This document shows positions 1 through 10,689 of a DNA stretch of 64,000 nucleotides, in pieces. This DNA comes from Octopus vulgaris (Eukaryota): NCBI GenBank assembly GCA_951406725.2, contig OX597818.1:27838001-27902000 (forward strand), given 5' to 3'. The first letter of the stretch is position 1, and every line of letters starts with the position of its first letter. Both the position numbers and the translations under genes were made by a program. The notes beneath the pieces are model-generated. The model worked only from the letters and a program-made list of their open reading frames with translations. It did no database searches and was not told the origin of the DNA.

Positions 1-1377
1 ACATAACTCTCTCCTGATATAAATTTGCACATTGATTAGTCAGTTGATTGTTAACATTGATGGTGTTGAAAATAGTTTTAATAGAATTTATTAGTAATTT
101 GTCATTTGAGAAGAATTCAAAATGGGAAAAATGGTGAAACATGACATGATTTGGGTAATTCAGTTTCAGTAATATTAATGGGACCTGTAAATATTTCACA
201 AAATTGATAGTAACCCTATTGGGTTATTTCTGGAAACTTTATCCAAAAAACCTGAAAGCATAACCTGTGTTATGTCTGTATGGAAAGATAGTCACACATC
301 CTAAAATTCATTGAAAAATGAAAGAAATTGGAATACAATGATTACTTAATGCACTATATATACAGTTTATACACTTGATGCACAATTTTATAGACTTAAT
401 ACACAGCACTCCTAAAATAAATATTCACTCTTATTTTTCCATTTTCCCCGTAAACAAACAAGAAAAATATCTTGTACCTAAGATACAGTCTTTAGTAAAA
501 TTGCATATGTCTGCCATGTAAATAAGCGTTAATATTTCACTGAATTGCACTTACGTGCATGCGTTAAGTGACAGGTAATATAAAAATTTGGTTCAATCTT
601 TAAAAAAATACCCTTTTTACTATCCAGTCACCACCACCACTGTCATCTCCTCTCTCTCTCTCTCTCACTCCTCTACCCCCCCCCCCCCACTGCCTTTCTT
701 TAACCTCCATATTCGAACATTACCTCTCTACTAAAATTATAATTTTAACTCTCCTCCTCTAGCTTCAACTAAATTTTAACCACATAATATATATTACGAT
801 CTCCCTATCACATGTCATGGACGCTTCTCTCTCCTTCTTTTTCTTTTCCCTCTTCCTGTCTCACTCTGTGCCTTATCCTCTTTTTCTCTCTCCTTTTTCT
901 TTCTCTTCTCTTTTGCTTCAACAAATCATGTGAAAACATTACAATTACATTCCCTCTACCTCATAACATGGATGCTTCTCTCTCCACCCCCTTTTTCTCT
1001 CTCCCTCTTTTTTTCTCCTTCTTTTTCTCTAATCACATGAGAGCATTACCAATGGGCTAAGTAATGCAATGACAAGTAGAACTATTATAATATTGATTAG
1101 GCAATAAATATCTTGTACATTGAAATTTCTCATTAGAGAATAAGAACTTTTCTTATCTGAGAATCAGAAATTAAAACTGGTGCCTGATATGTGTTTATAT
1201 AGATATGAATATATATGTGTGTGCATGTGTGTGTGCTTGTGTGTGTGTGCATGTGTGCGCATGTGTGTGTGTGTGCTTGAGTCTATCATGTGTGTTCAGG
1301 TAGTCTCAGCACAGCCCAATATATTGTAAATATCATTTATAGCCATGTATCATATTCATTATTTTCTTTTCTTAAAG

Positions 1378-1407
1378 ACATGGATGATGCTTATGTTAAT
1401 GTTCTAA
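1378..1407 (+). CDS. Micro-exon B1 (30 nt, phase 1-1) of tyrosine-motif repeat gene: (D)MDDAYVNVL
   Basis: Pyrimidine tract ttttcttttcttaaAG, exon, then GTaagc; homologous to the 42-nt B exons; length divisible by 3. Confidence 0.7.
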   Translation, partial: TWMMLMLMF

Positions 1408-1669
1408 GTAAGCATATAAACAATACTTTACTAAAATTACACTCTTTAATGCACAAGTTCATCCTTTTATTTTATTTTAAGTTCAGTCAGAACCATTAGT
1501 GTTAATACTTCTTTGTTTTAGATTCATTTTCGAGTCCTGTTGCTGGAATCAGTCCTGGGGAAATTAGCAAAAGTTTTAGCAGATTCTTTGTGTAAAATAT
1601 ACGGTTTAATAACATGTGTATGCATGTGCAAAAATATAACTTTGGATATGTTAAAATTCTACTCATAAG

Positions 1670-1990
1670 TGTGGCATGGCTGTATGGTAAGAAGCTTGCT
1701 TCCCTACAACTGCATGGCACCTTGGGCAAGATTCTTCTACTGTAGTCTCAGGCTGACCAAAGCCTTGTAAGTGGATGTGTAAGATGCAAACTAAAAGAAA
1801 CCCATTGTGTGTGCATCTATGTGTATGTGTGTTTGTGTGTGTGTGTGTGTTTCTCACCTCATCACTGCTTGACAACAGGTGTTGGTGTGTTTACATACTC
1901 ATAGTGGAGCAATTCAATAAAAGATGCTGATATATAAAGTACTAGGCTTAAAAAACATATAAAGTAAGTACTGGAGTTGACTTGTTACTT
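1670..1990 (+). mobile_element. tRNA-derived SINE (family 1)
   Basis: ggcatggctgtatggtaagaagcttgcttcc...ggcaccttgggcaag...gaccaaagccttg; other copies at about 23290-23600(-), 34225-34395(-), 41050-41140(+), 54079-54460(+). Confidence 0.75.
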
Positions 1991-2065
1991 TCTGTGCAAT
2001 ATCAATATATTTAAGAACCATCTCCCCAAACAATAAAGATGCCCACTTTTATTTCATTTTTAAAG

Positions 2066-2125
2066 CTGAGAGAGAACAAGATGCTGAAGATAGTGAGCCC
2101 AGATATTTATCTGTGAAACACCCAG
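2066..2125 (+). CDS. Micro-exon A1 (60 nt, phase 1-1): xEREQDAEDSEPRYLSVKHP
   Basis: ttttatttcatttttaaAG acceptor, CAG|GTAAGT consensus donor, open frame, repeated many times downstream. Confidence 0.8.
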
Positions 2126-2367
2126 GTAAGTACAATCAATATTGTTAGTACATAGTATGATTTTTAAAATGATCTTAAAGAAAAACCAACAATCATGAAA
2201 TGTATATTCTCATTTAGTTTTTTAACATATTTCTACATGCATATGTGTGTGTGAGTGTGTTTGAGTCTATCTCATTAGTGTTTATTTTGGCAATATCACA
2301 ACAATACTAACATGATATAAATGTAATTTATAGCCATGATTTAAATTCTCGTATTAATTTCTTACAG

Positions 2368-2409
2368 ACACAGATGATATTTATGTCAATGTTTTAAGGA
2401 AACCTGATG
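2368..2409 (+). CDS. Micro-exon B2 (42 nt): DTDDIYVNVLRKPD
   Basis: tttcttacAG acceptor, ATG|GTAAGT donor, in frame with A1. Confidence 0.8.
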
Positions 2410-2584
2410 GTAAGTACATAAGCAATCCATAAAAAAATCACATATTATATTTTATATTTAAGTATTGGTTTCTTATGTCAGGCTGCTAAGTTCTCTTCCT
2501 GTAAACAAACCAATACCCATTGTCAAGTGGTGATGGCAGTGGACAAGCACAAAGACATATATGCTCTCATATATATGTGTGTGT

Positions 2585-2624
<40 letters not shown>

Positions 2625-2657
2625 ATGGGTGTGTGTGTGTATATATATATTTCTTTT

Positions 2658-3365
2658 CGTCATTTAACTCCATTTTCTATGCTAGCATGGGTTGGATGGT
2701 TTGACCAGGGTCTGGGAAGCCAGAAGGCTGCACCAGGCTCCAGTCTGATCTGGCAGTGTTTCTACAGCTGGATGCCCTTCCTTACGCCAACCACTCTGTG
2801 AGTGTAATGGGTACTTTTTATGTGCCACTGGCATAGGGGCCAGAGGAGGCTGGCAACGTCAATGATCGGTTGGTGCCTTTTACGTGCTACCGGCATGGAA
2901 GCCAGTCAAGGTGGTGCTGGTATCAACCACATTCGGATGGAACTTTTTATGTGCCACCAGCACGGGTATCACAACTACAATTTCCATTTGATTTTCATTT
3001 TGATGTTGATGTACTTGATTCAATAGGTCTCCTCAGGCACAGCAGGTCACCCTACAATCCAAGGTACTTTTCAATGGGCTGGGGCTGGTTATACAAAACT
3101 AGTATAGGATACAGCTGTGAACTCACTTTATTTGCTGGGCCTTTGCAGTCAGAGCATATCTCAAGAGGTCTCAGTCTTTTGTCATTGCCTCTGTGAGGCC
3201 CAACGTTCGAAGGTCATGCTGGACCACTTCATCCCATGTCTTCTTGGGTCTACCTCTACTCTGGATTCCTTCAACTGTTTGGGAGTGGCACTTCTTTACA
3301 CATCTCTCCTCGTCCATCTGTAGTACATGACCATACCAACACAAACATCTCTTGCGTGCCACATC
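2658..3365 (-). mobile_element. RTE LINE 3' fragment (RT C-terminus and 3'UTR)
   Basis: LCWYGHVLQMDEERCVKKC...RGRPKKTWDEVV matches the end of ORF 7329..8846. Confidence 0.85.
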
Positions 3366-3387
3366 CTGTTCTTCTTATGTCCAACAT

Positions 3388-4676
3388 TACCCAGTGTAAG
3401 CTATGGACACATAAGAGGTGCAGCAATATCAAAGGAAGGCTAACTGGGAGGATAGTTTTTGTATGTGGCAGATGCTTAGGAGCAATAAATACTGAAAATG
3501 TGCAGAGAACAACTTCTGCCACATTCCAGGGAGAAAAACTAGAAGTAGTTAGCTTCCATTACCTAGGTGACCAAGTCAGTAGCAGGGGAGGGTGCACTGA
3601 AAGTGTACCTGCTAGAATAAGAATAGCCAGGGCAAAGTTCAGAGAGCACTTACCTCTGCCAGTGACAAAGGGCCTCTCACTCAGAGTAAAACGTAGACTG
3701 TATGAAGCATGTGTACAAACGGGCATGCTACATAGCAGTGAAACATGAGCCGTGACTGCTGAGGACATGCGTAAATTCACAAGGAATGATGTATGTGTAA
3801 TGTCAGTGTGCATACTTGACAGCGTGTGAGTACCTTGAGAGAAAAGTTGGACCTTAGAAGCATCAGATGTATTGTGCAAGAGAGGTGACTGCGATGGTAT
3901 GGTCACATGGCAAGAATGGATGAGGATAGCTGTGTGAAAAAGTGCTACACCCTAGCGGTTGAGGGAACCTGTGGAAAAAGTAGACTCAGGAAGACCTGGG
4001 ATGAGGTGGTGAAGCATGACCTTCGAACATTAAACCTCACCAAGGCAATGACTAGTGACTGAGACCTTTGGATGTATGCTGTGCTTGAGAAGACCTGGCA
4101 AGCCAAGTGAGACCATAAACTTGTGGCCTATGCCAGGGGTGTAACCAGCCCACTTATGTATACCTTTCCTTTATTGGATACTAAACACTGTTGACGCAAG
4201 TGAAATCGAAATTGAAATCAAATTTGAGGACTTGCATCCGTGCTTGTGGAGTGCTAAGAGCATCATCTGAGCATGATTGATGCCAGAGAAGTTGACTGGC
4301 TTCTGTGCTGGTGGCATGTAAAAAGCACCATTTGAGCATGATCATTACCAGCATTGCCTTACTGGAACGTGAAAAATCATTTGAGCAAGGTTGCTGCCAT
4401 TGCCGCTGGACTGGCTCCTGTTCAGGTGGCATGAAAAAAACACCATTTGAGCATGGCCATTGCCAGTAGTGCCTGACAGGCCCTCGTGCCAGTGGCTCAT
4501 AAAAGCACCCACTACACACTTGGAGTTGTTGGCATTAGGAAGGGAGGGCATCCAGCAGTAGAAACTCTGCCAGATCAGATTGGAGCCTGGTGCAGCCATC
4601 TAGTTCGCCAGTCCTCAGTCAAATTGTCCAACCCATGCTAGCATGGAAAGCGGGCGTTAAACGATGATGATGATGA
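3388..4676 (+). mobile_element. RTE LINE, 5'-truncated degenerate copy with (GAT)n tail
   Basis: CKLWTHKRC...FHYLGDQVS...; ends ccaacccatgctagcatggaaagcgggcgttaaacgatgatgatgat. Confidence 0.9.
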
Positions 4677-5813
4677 CACTTATATATTTATACATGTCTT
4701 TTTTACATGTTTGTGTCCTAAGACTGTGGCCATGCTGGGGTCTTCATTCAGTTTCCCTCGACCAAATTCACTCACACAACTTTCATTGGCCCAAGTCTAT
4801 AGTAGAATACACATGTTGTAGGACTTAACCCAGAACCACATGTTTCAGAAGTAGACTTCTTATGACAAATACACATCTGCAAAATGTTGAGAATGGCAAA
4901 ATCTCATAATATGTACAAGCAACTGCTGGTAGACAATCCTACTCAGTTTTGATATTCTACCCTTTTATTGGTCCTTACCTTTCATAATGCAGTATATAAG
5001 CACATATGTGATGAGAATCCATTATATGAATAAACTAAATAATTATATGACTAATATTGAATACAATAGATGCTTGCCCACACATGAGACACAAAGTATT
5101 AAAGAGATATGCAATGGAGATGCCACATGTAAACAAACACTGGAACTGAATATAGAAAAAGGACAATGGAGTATATGCCATATTTCAGGAGTTCTTGCCC
5201 TTTTATCAGCACCTATCCAACCCATTAATCATCTACGAATTCATTGTTTGAATAACCACTATATCTAATTCATTGTTGGTTTACATCTGGCATATCAGGT
5301 ACGAATTGTTGTAACAAAATCACTGCTTTATTTATATGAATAAACTAAATAATTATATGACTAATTTTGAATGCAATAGATGCTTGCCTACACATGATAC
5401 ACAAAGTATTAAACAGATATGCAATGGTGAATGTGATCAGCTTTAGTTGTTGAGTATACAAAGTTACTCTCGCTTGTCGATTACTCTAGCAAGAAAGAAA
5501 CCTTAGAAACAATCTAATTTCTATAAATGTATTTGTGAGTGGCTACATCATCATTTTTAATTATCAGTTTAAATATTTAAGTGACAGAATCAGTACAATA
5601 TTGTACTCTAACATTGATGGAGTAAAAATTAGTGTCAATATATTCTGTGATCAAAGCCCATTGAGGTAAGAGACTGATAGATAAAGTACTAGGCTTAAAA
5701 ATGTATGTAAAGTAAGTGCTGAAGTTTACTTGTTACTTTCTGTGCAAAAGCAATATATTTAAAAACATTCTCCCCAAACAATAATGATGCCCACTTTTAT
5801 TTCACTTTTAAAG

Positions 5814-5873
5814 GTGAGAGAGAGCAAGATTCTGAAGATAGTGAGCCCAGATATTTACCTATGAAACACCCAG
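5814..5873 (+). CDS. Micro-exon A2 (60 nt): GEREQDSEDSEPRYLPMKHP
   Basis: ttcacttttaaAG acceptor, CAG|GTAAGT donor. Confidence 0.8.
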
Positions 5874-6113
5874 GTAAGTACAATCAATATTGTTAGTACA
5901 TAGCATGATTTTTAAAATGATCTTAAAGAAAAACCAACAATCATGGAATGTATATTCTCATTTAGTCTGTTAACATATTTCTACATGCATATATGTGTGT
6001 GTGAGTGTGCTTGAGTCCATGTCATTAGTGTTTATTATGGCAATATCGCAACAATACTAACATGATATAAATGTAATTTATAGCCATGACTTAAATACAT
6101 TGATTTCTCATAG

Positions 6114-6155
6114 ACATGAATGATGTTTATGTCAGTGTTTCAAGGAAACCTGATG
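6114..6155 (+). CDS. Micro-exon B3 (42 nt): DMNDVYVSVSRKPD
   Basis: tttctcatAG acceptor, ATG|GTAAGT donor. Confidence 0.8.
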
Positions 6156-6394
6156 GTAAGTGCATTAGCAATCCATAAAAAAATTACATGCACTGGAGCA
6201 AGAGTTAGCAAATATCATGGTTCAGTGTTTCATTAAGCAGTATAGTCAGTTTAATGTATGCCTTTTATCATTTACTTGTCTCAGTCATTGCACTGCAGCC
6301 ATGCCAATGCCTTGAAGGGTTTAGTTCAACAAATATTGGTTTATCATGCCAGACTGCTAAGCTCTCTTGATATAAAGAAACCAGTATCCATTAT

Positions 6395-6697
6395 CAAGCA
6401 TCATCTGAACATGGCCAATACCAGTGCTGCCTTGACTGGCTTCTGTGCCAGTGGCACGTAAAAAGCACCAACCAATCGTGGCCGTTGCCAGCTTCACCTG
6501 GTACCTGTGCCGGTGGTACGTAAAAAGCACCCATTACACTCACGGAGTGGATGGTGTTAGGAAGGGCATCCAGCTGTAGAAACACTGCCAGATTAGACTG
6601 GAGCCTGGTGCAGCCTCCTTGCTTCCCAGACCCCAGTCGAACCGTCCAACCCATTTTAGCATGGAAAACGGACGTTAAACGATGATGATGATGATGA
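6395..6697 (+). mobile_element. RTE LINE 3'UTR fragment with (GAT)n tail
   Basis: Same conserved 3' terminus as the other RTE copies. Confidence 0.85.
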
Positions 6698-7328
6698 ATG
6701 ATGATATATTTTATATACATCATCATCATCATCATCATCGTTTAGCGTCCGTTTTCCATGCTAGCATGGGTTGGACGGTTCTACTGGGGTCTGTGAAGCC
6801 AGAAGGCTTCATCAGGCCCAGTCAAATCTGGCAGTGTTTCTACGGCTGGATGCCCTTCCTAACGCCAACCACTCCGTGAGTGTAGTGGGTGCTTTTACGT
6901 GCCACCCGCACTGGTGCCAGACAGAGCTGGCAAACGGCCACGAACGGATGGTGCTTTTATGTGCCACCGGCACGAGGGCCAGGCGAGGCTGGCAACGGAC
7001 ACGAAACGGGGCGGTGCTGGCAACGGTCGCGAAACGGAAAGTTCTCTTACATGCCACCGGCACTGGTAACACATCTGCAATTTCCATTGATCGATTTCCA
7101 TTGATCGATTTCGATTCTGATCCTCACTTGCCTCAACGGGTCTTCACAAGCAGAGTTTCGACATGCCACCGGCACTGGTAGCACATCCGCAATTTCCATT
7201 GATCGATTTCGATTCTGATCCTCACTTGCCTCAACACATCTTCACAAGTAGAGTTTTGTGTCCCAAGAAGGGAAGGTATGCATACGTAGGCTGGCTCCAT
7301 CCCATGTAGAAGGCCACGGGTTATGGAC

Positions 7329-8846
7329 TCACTTGTCCTGCCGGGTCTTCTCGCGCACAGCACACTTCCAGAGGTCTCGGTCTCTAGTCATTTCCTCAGT
7401 GAGACCTAAAGTTCGAAGGTCGTGCTTCACCACCTCGTCCCAGGTTTTCCTGGGTCTGCCTCTTCCACAGGTTCCCTCAACCGCTAGGGTGTGGCACTTT
7501 TTCACACAACTATCTTCATCCATTCTCGCCACATGACCATACCAGCGCAAACGTCTCTCTTGCACACCACAACTGATGCTTCTTAGGTCCAGCTTTTCTC
7601 TCAAGGTACTTACACTCTGCCGAGTGTGAGTACCGGCATTACACATCCATCGGAGCATACTGGCTTCATTTCTAGCGAGCTTACGCATATCCTCAGCAGT
7701 CACGGCCCATGTTTCACTGCCATGTAGCATGGCTGTTCGTACACACGCATCATACAGTCTGCCTTTCACTCTGTGCGAGAGGCCTTTTGTCACCAGCAGA
7801 GGTAAGAGCTCTCTGAACTTTGCCCAAGCTATTCTTACTCTAGCAGTTACACTTTCAGCACACCCGCCCCCGCTGCTGACTTGGTCACCTAGGTAACGGA
7901 AACTATCAACTATTTCTAGTTTTTCTCCCTGGAAAGTGACGGAAGTTGGTCTCAGAGCATTTTCAGTGTTTATTGTTCCTGAGCATCTGCCACATACAAA
8001 AACCATCTTCCTAGTTAGCCTTCCTTTGACATTGCTGCATCTCTTATGTGTCCATAGCTTACACTTGGTGCATCTTATAGAGTTTCTACCTACACCTTTT
8101 CTACAGATCGAGCAGGGCCATCTACCTGAAGGTGTTTGTGATTTGTCTACCTTCCTACTGATTACGACTTTGGTTTTAACTAGATTGACTCTGAGGCCCT
8201 TCGATTCTAATCCTTGTTTCCACACCTGAAACTTCTCCTCCAGTTCTGATAGCGACTCAGCAATTAGAGCAAGGTCATCAGCATAGAGGAGCTCCCAAGG
8301 GCATCCTGTCTTGAATTCCTCCGTTATTGCCTGGAGGACTATGATAAATAGGAGGGGGCTGAGTACTGAGCCTTGGTGGACTCCTACCTCTACCCGGAAT
8401 TCTTCACTGTACTCATTTCCAACCCTCATCCTACTAGCGGCGTCCCTATACATGGCCCGCACAGCTCTCACTAACCATTCATCTATCCCTAGTTTCCTCA
8501 TTGCCCACCAGGTAAGGGATCGGGGGACCCTGTCGAAGGCTTTCTCCATGTCAACAAAAGCCAGGTACAGGGGCTTATCTTTGGCTAGGTATTTCTCCTG
8601 CAGCTGCCTTACCAGGAATATAGCATCAGTAGTACTTTTCCCTGGCACAAACCCAAACTGCATCTCATCTAAACTAACTCTCTCTCTAATTAGTTGGGCT
8701 ATGACCCTCTCCGTAACCTTCATCACCTGGTCCAACAGCTTGATACCTCTGTAGTTATTTGTATCTAGGGCATCACCTTTACCTTTGTAGCAGTTGACTA
8801 TTATACTGCTACACCAGTCATTGGGTATGACCCCTTTGTGTATCAC
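7329..8846 (-). CDS. RTE LINE ORF, C-terminal part: reverse transcriptase with inserted C4HC3 finger
   Basis: 505-aa ORF with YADD and canonical non-LTR RT motifs. Confidence 0.9.
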   Translation of the reverse strand: MIHKGVIPNDWCSSIIVNCYKGKGDALDTNNYRGIKLLDQVMKVTERVIAQLIRERVSLDEMQFGFVPGKSTTDAIFLVRQLQEKYLAKDKPLYLAFVDMEKAFDRVPRSLTWWAMRKLGIDEWLVRAVRAMYRDAASRMRVGNEYSEEFRVEVGVHQGSVLSPLLFIIVLQAITEEFKTGCPWELLYADDLALIAESLSELEEKFQVWKQGLESKGLRVNLVKTKVVISRKVDKSQTPSGRWPCSICRKGVGRNSIRCTKCKLWTHKRCSNVKGRLTRKMVFVCGRCSGTINTENALRPTSVTFQGEKLEIVDSFRYLGDQVSSGGGCAESVTARVRIAWAKFRELLPLLVTKGLSHRVKGRLYDACVRTAMLHGSETWAVTAEDMRKLARNEASMLRWMCNAGTHTRQSVSTLREKLDLRSISCGVQERRLRWYGHVARMDEDSCVKKCHTLAVEGTCGRGRPRKTWDEVVKHDLRTLGLTEEMTRDRDLWKCAVREKTRQDK

Positions 8847-8850
8847 CTGA

Positions 8851-10281
8851 TTAACTATACGGGTGACTAGGCATTTTGAGCATCTCTGCAGTGATTCCTG
8901 ATGGGCCTGGGGCTTTCCCTGTCTTCATGCTTCTAATTGCCTTAGCTACCACGGAACTATCAACTCGGATAGCTGGTCCCTCTGTTGGGTCAACATTTGG
9001 CAGACTCTCTTTATCCCATTCATTTTCTTCATTCAGCAACCTTTCATAGTGGCATCTCCAAACCTCTCTCTTTGCATCCTCATTTAGCGCAAGTGAACCA
9101 TCTTCCATGCGAACACACTTCTCTCCTACCACATCACGATTCTCTCTCACACACTGTCTTGCAACACGAAACACCTCCAGTCTTTGGTCCTCACGGCGCA
9201 GAACATTGGCAAATTTTTTCTTATCTGCTTCCCCTCTGGCTAAATAAACCTGTTTCCTAGCTTCTCTTTTGGCAGTCTGATACAATTCCCTGCTACCCCC
9301 ATTTTTCCAGACCTTCCAAGCCTGTCTCTTTTCTCTAATAGCCCTGTCTACAATATTGTTCCACCACCACGTTATTCTAGGTTGAGAGGGGACTTTGCAC
9401 CAGCCACAGATCTGGTCAGTGGCTCTCAGCAGGTTGTCCCTTAGAAACGTCCAGCTGTCTTCTACCCCCTGTGATGCTCTATCCCCTTCTACTTCGTCAG
9501 AGGCTTCAAGTAATATGTCCCTAAATCTCTGTCCATTTGCAGGATCTTTAAGCTTCCAGATCCTTCTTCTCCATATTTGTCGTCTTCTGGTTGTCCTCCT
9601 AGTCCTGATCCTAAAGTCACTAACTACCAGTCTATGTTGTGGGGTACATTCTTCACCTGGGAAGGTTTTGGCATTTATAAGCAGCCATCTCTCCCTTTGC
9701 CTTGTAAGGATGTAGTCAATTTGGCTGGTATGTTGGCCCGATTGGTAAGTGACTAGGTGGCTGGTAGGTTTCCTGAAGTTAGTGTTGCAAATCATAAGAT
9801 TATTTGCATCGCAGAACTCCAGCAGCCTGGTTCCCTCCTCGTTGCGGGAGCCATAGCCATAGCCTCCATGTACGCCATGGAAGCCCCCAGCATGTCGTCC
9901 AACGTGACCATTGAAGTCACCAGCCACAAAGATAAGGTCTCTGTCGTTCGTCAACGAGGTAGTCTGCAGTAGAGTGTCATAGAATCGGTCTTTCTGTCCA
10001 TCGGGTAGCCCCGACTGAGGAGCATAGGCTGATATAATGGTTGCTAAACTATGATGAAGCACTAATCTAATCTTAAGTATTCTGTCACATACTCTGATTA
10101 CCTCAATTACTTTATCTACCCATTTCTCAGCGATAAGTATACCCACGCCACCAACCCCGTCAGTGTTCCCTGCCCAGAAAATCTTGTACCTGCGTTCCTT
10201 GCCTGTGAGGAACCTAGCTGATCCTCCTCTCCACCTTATTTCTTGCATGCAACATATATCCACACATCTCCGTTCAAGCAT
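8851..10281 (-). CDS. RTE LINE ORF, N-terminal part: apurinic-like endonuclease and linker
   Basis: 476-aa ORF with EEP/APE catalytic motifs. Confidence 0.85.
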   Translation of the reverse strand: MLERRCVDICCMQEIRWRGGSARFLTGKERRYKIFWAGNTDGVGGVGILIAEKWVDKVIEVIRVCDRILKIRLVLHHSLATIISAYAPQSGLPDGQKDRFYDTLLQTTSLTNDRDLIFVAGDFNGHVGRHAGGFHGVHGGYGYGSRNEEGTRLLEFCDANNLMICNTNFRKPTSHLVTYQSGQHTSQIDYILTRQRERWLLINAKTFPGEECTPQHRLVVSDFRIRTRRTTRRRQIWRRRIWKLKDPANGQRFRDILLEASDEVEGDRASQGVEDSWTFLRDNLLRATDQICGWCKVPSQPRITWWWNNIVDRAIREKRQAWKVWKNGGSRELYQTAKREARKQVYLARGEADKKKFANVLRREDQRLEVFRVARQCVRENRDVVGEKCVRMEDGSLALNEDAKREVWRCHYERLLNEENEWDKESLPNVDPTEGPAIRVDSSVVAKAIRSMKTGKAPGPSGITAEMLKMPSHPYS

Positions 10282-10284
10282 CTC

Positions 10285-10331
<47 letters not shown>

Positions 10332-10612
10332 CTTTTCCTTCTAAATGTGGAGTATATGAAACAGGTACATCTAAAGAAAGGGAGTATTCTTTATGTTGTA
10401 TGTCTCATTTCTCTGTTTTTTTAATAATTGTTCGAAAAAGTTCATTTCTATGGTTTTGCTTTTATGTTTCCATTTCTCATTCTGTTCCACGTTTTTTCGA
10501 TGTCCTGTACCCATATATGCATGTATGTAGGTATGTGCATATATGTAGGTATATGCATATATGTAGGTATGTACATATATGTATGTATATATGCATATAT
10601 TTATATACTATT

Positions 10613-10653
<41 letters not shown>

Positions 10654-10689
10654 AAATAAAAAAAAGGAAAATACACACACTTACATAGT

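Larger units (their letters stand above)
4982..6390 (+). repeat. Segmental duplication unit (intron + exon A + exon B); near-identical copy at about 15533-16920; diverged or partial copies at about 14490-15528, 17490-19570 and 22095-23370
   Basis: Direct sequence identity at a constant offset of 10551 bp; shared intronic blocks recur in the other units. Confidence 0.9.
6718..10286 (-). mobile_element. Near-full-length RTE-clade LINE (APE endonuclease, RT with PHD-type finger, 3'UTR, (GAT)n tail), one frameshift
   Basis: ORF 8851..10281 has APE motifs (CMQE, AYAPQ, GDFNGHVG, SQIDYIL, QHRLV); ORF 7329..8846 has RT motifs (YRGIKLL, QFGFVPG, FVDMEKAFD, GVHQGSVLSP, YADD, FRYLG). Confidence 0.95.

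Noticed and set aside
1-1377. Upstream exons (transmembrane or ectodomain) that would identify the gene
   Set aside because: None was recognisable. The hydrophobic ORF 812..1060 is CT-rich low-complexity sequence, so no gene symbol is assigned.
4987-5268. 93-aa ORF MQYISTYVMR... duplicated at 15496..15819
   Set aside because: Intronic part of the duplicated unit. The more diverged copies (14.7 kb, 17.7 kb, 19.3 kb) do not appear as equivalent ORFs, and there is no recognisable domain.
7936-9972. Plus-strand ORFs overlapping the RTE element
   Set aside because: Antisense shadows of the LINE ORF.
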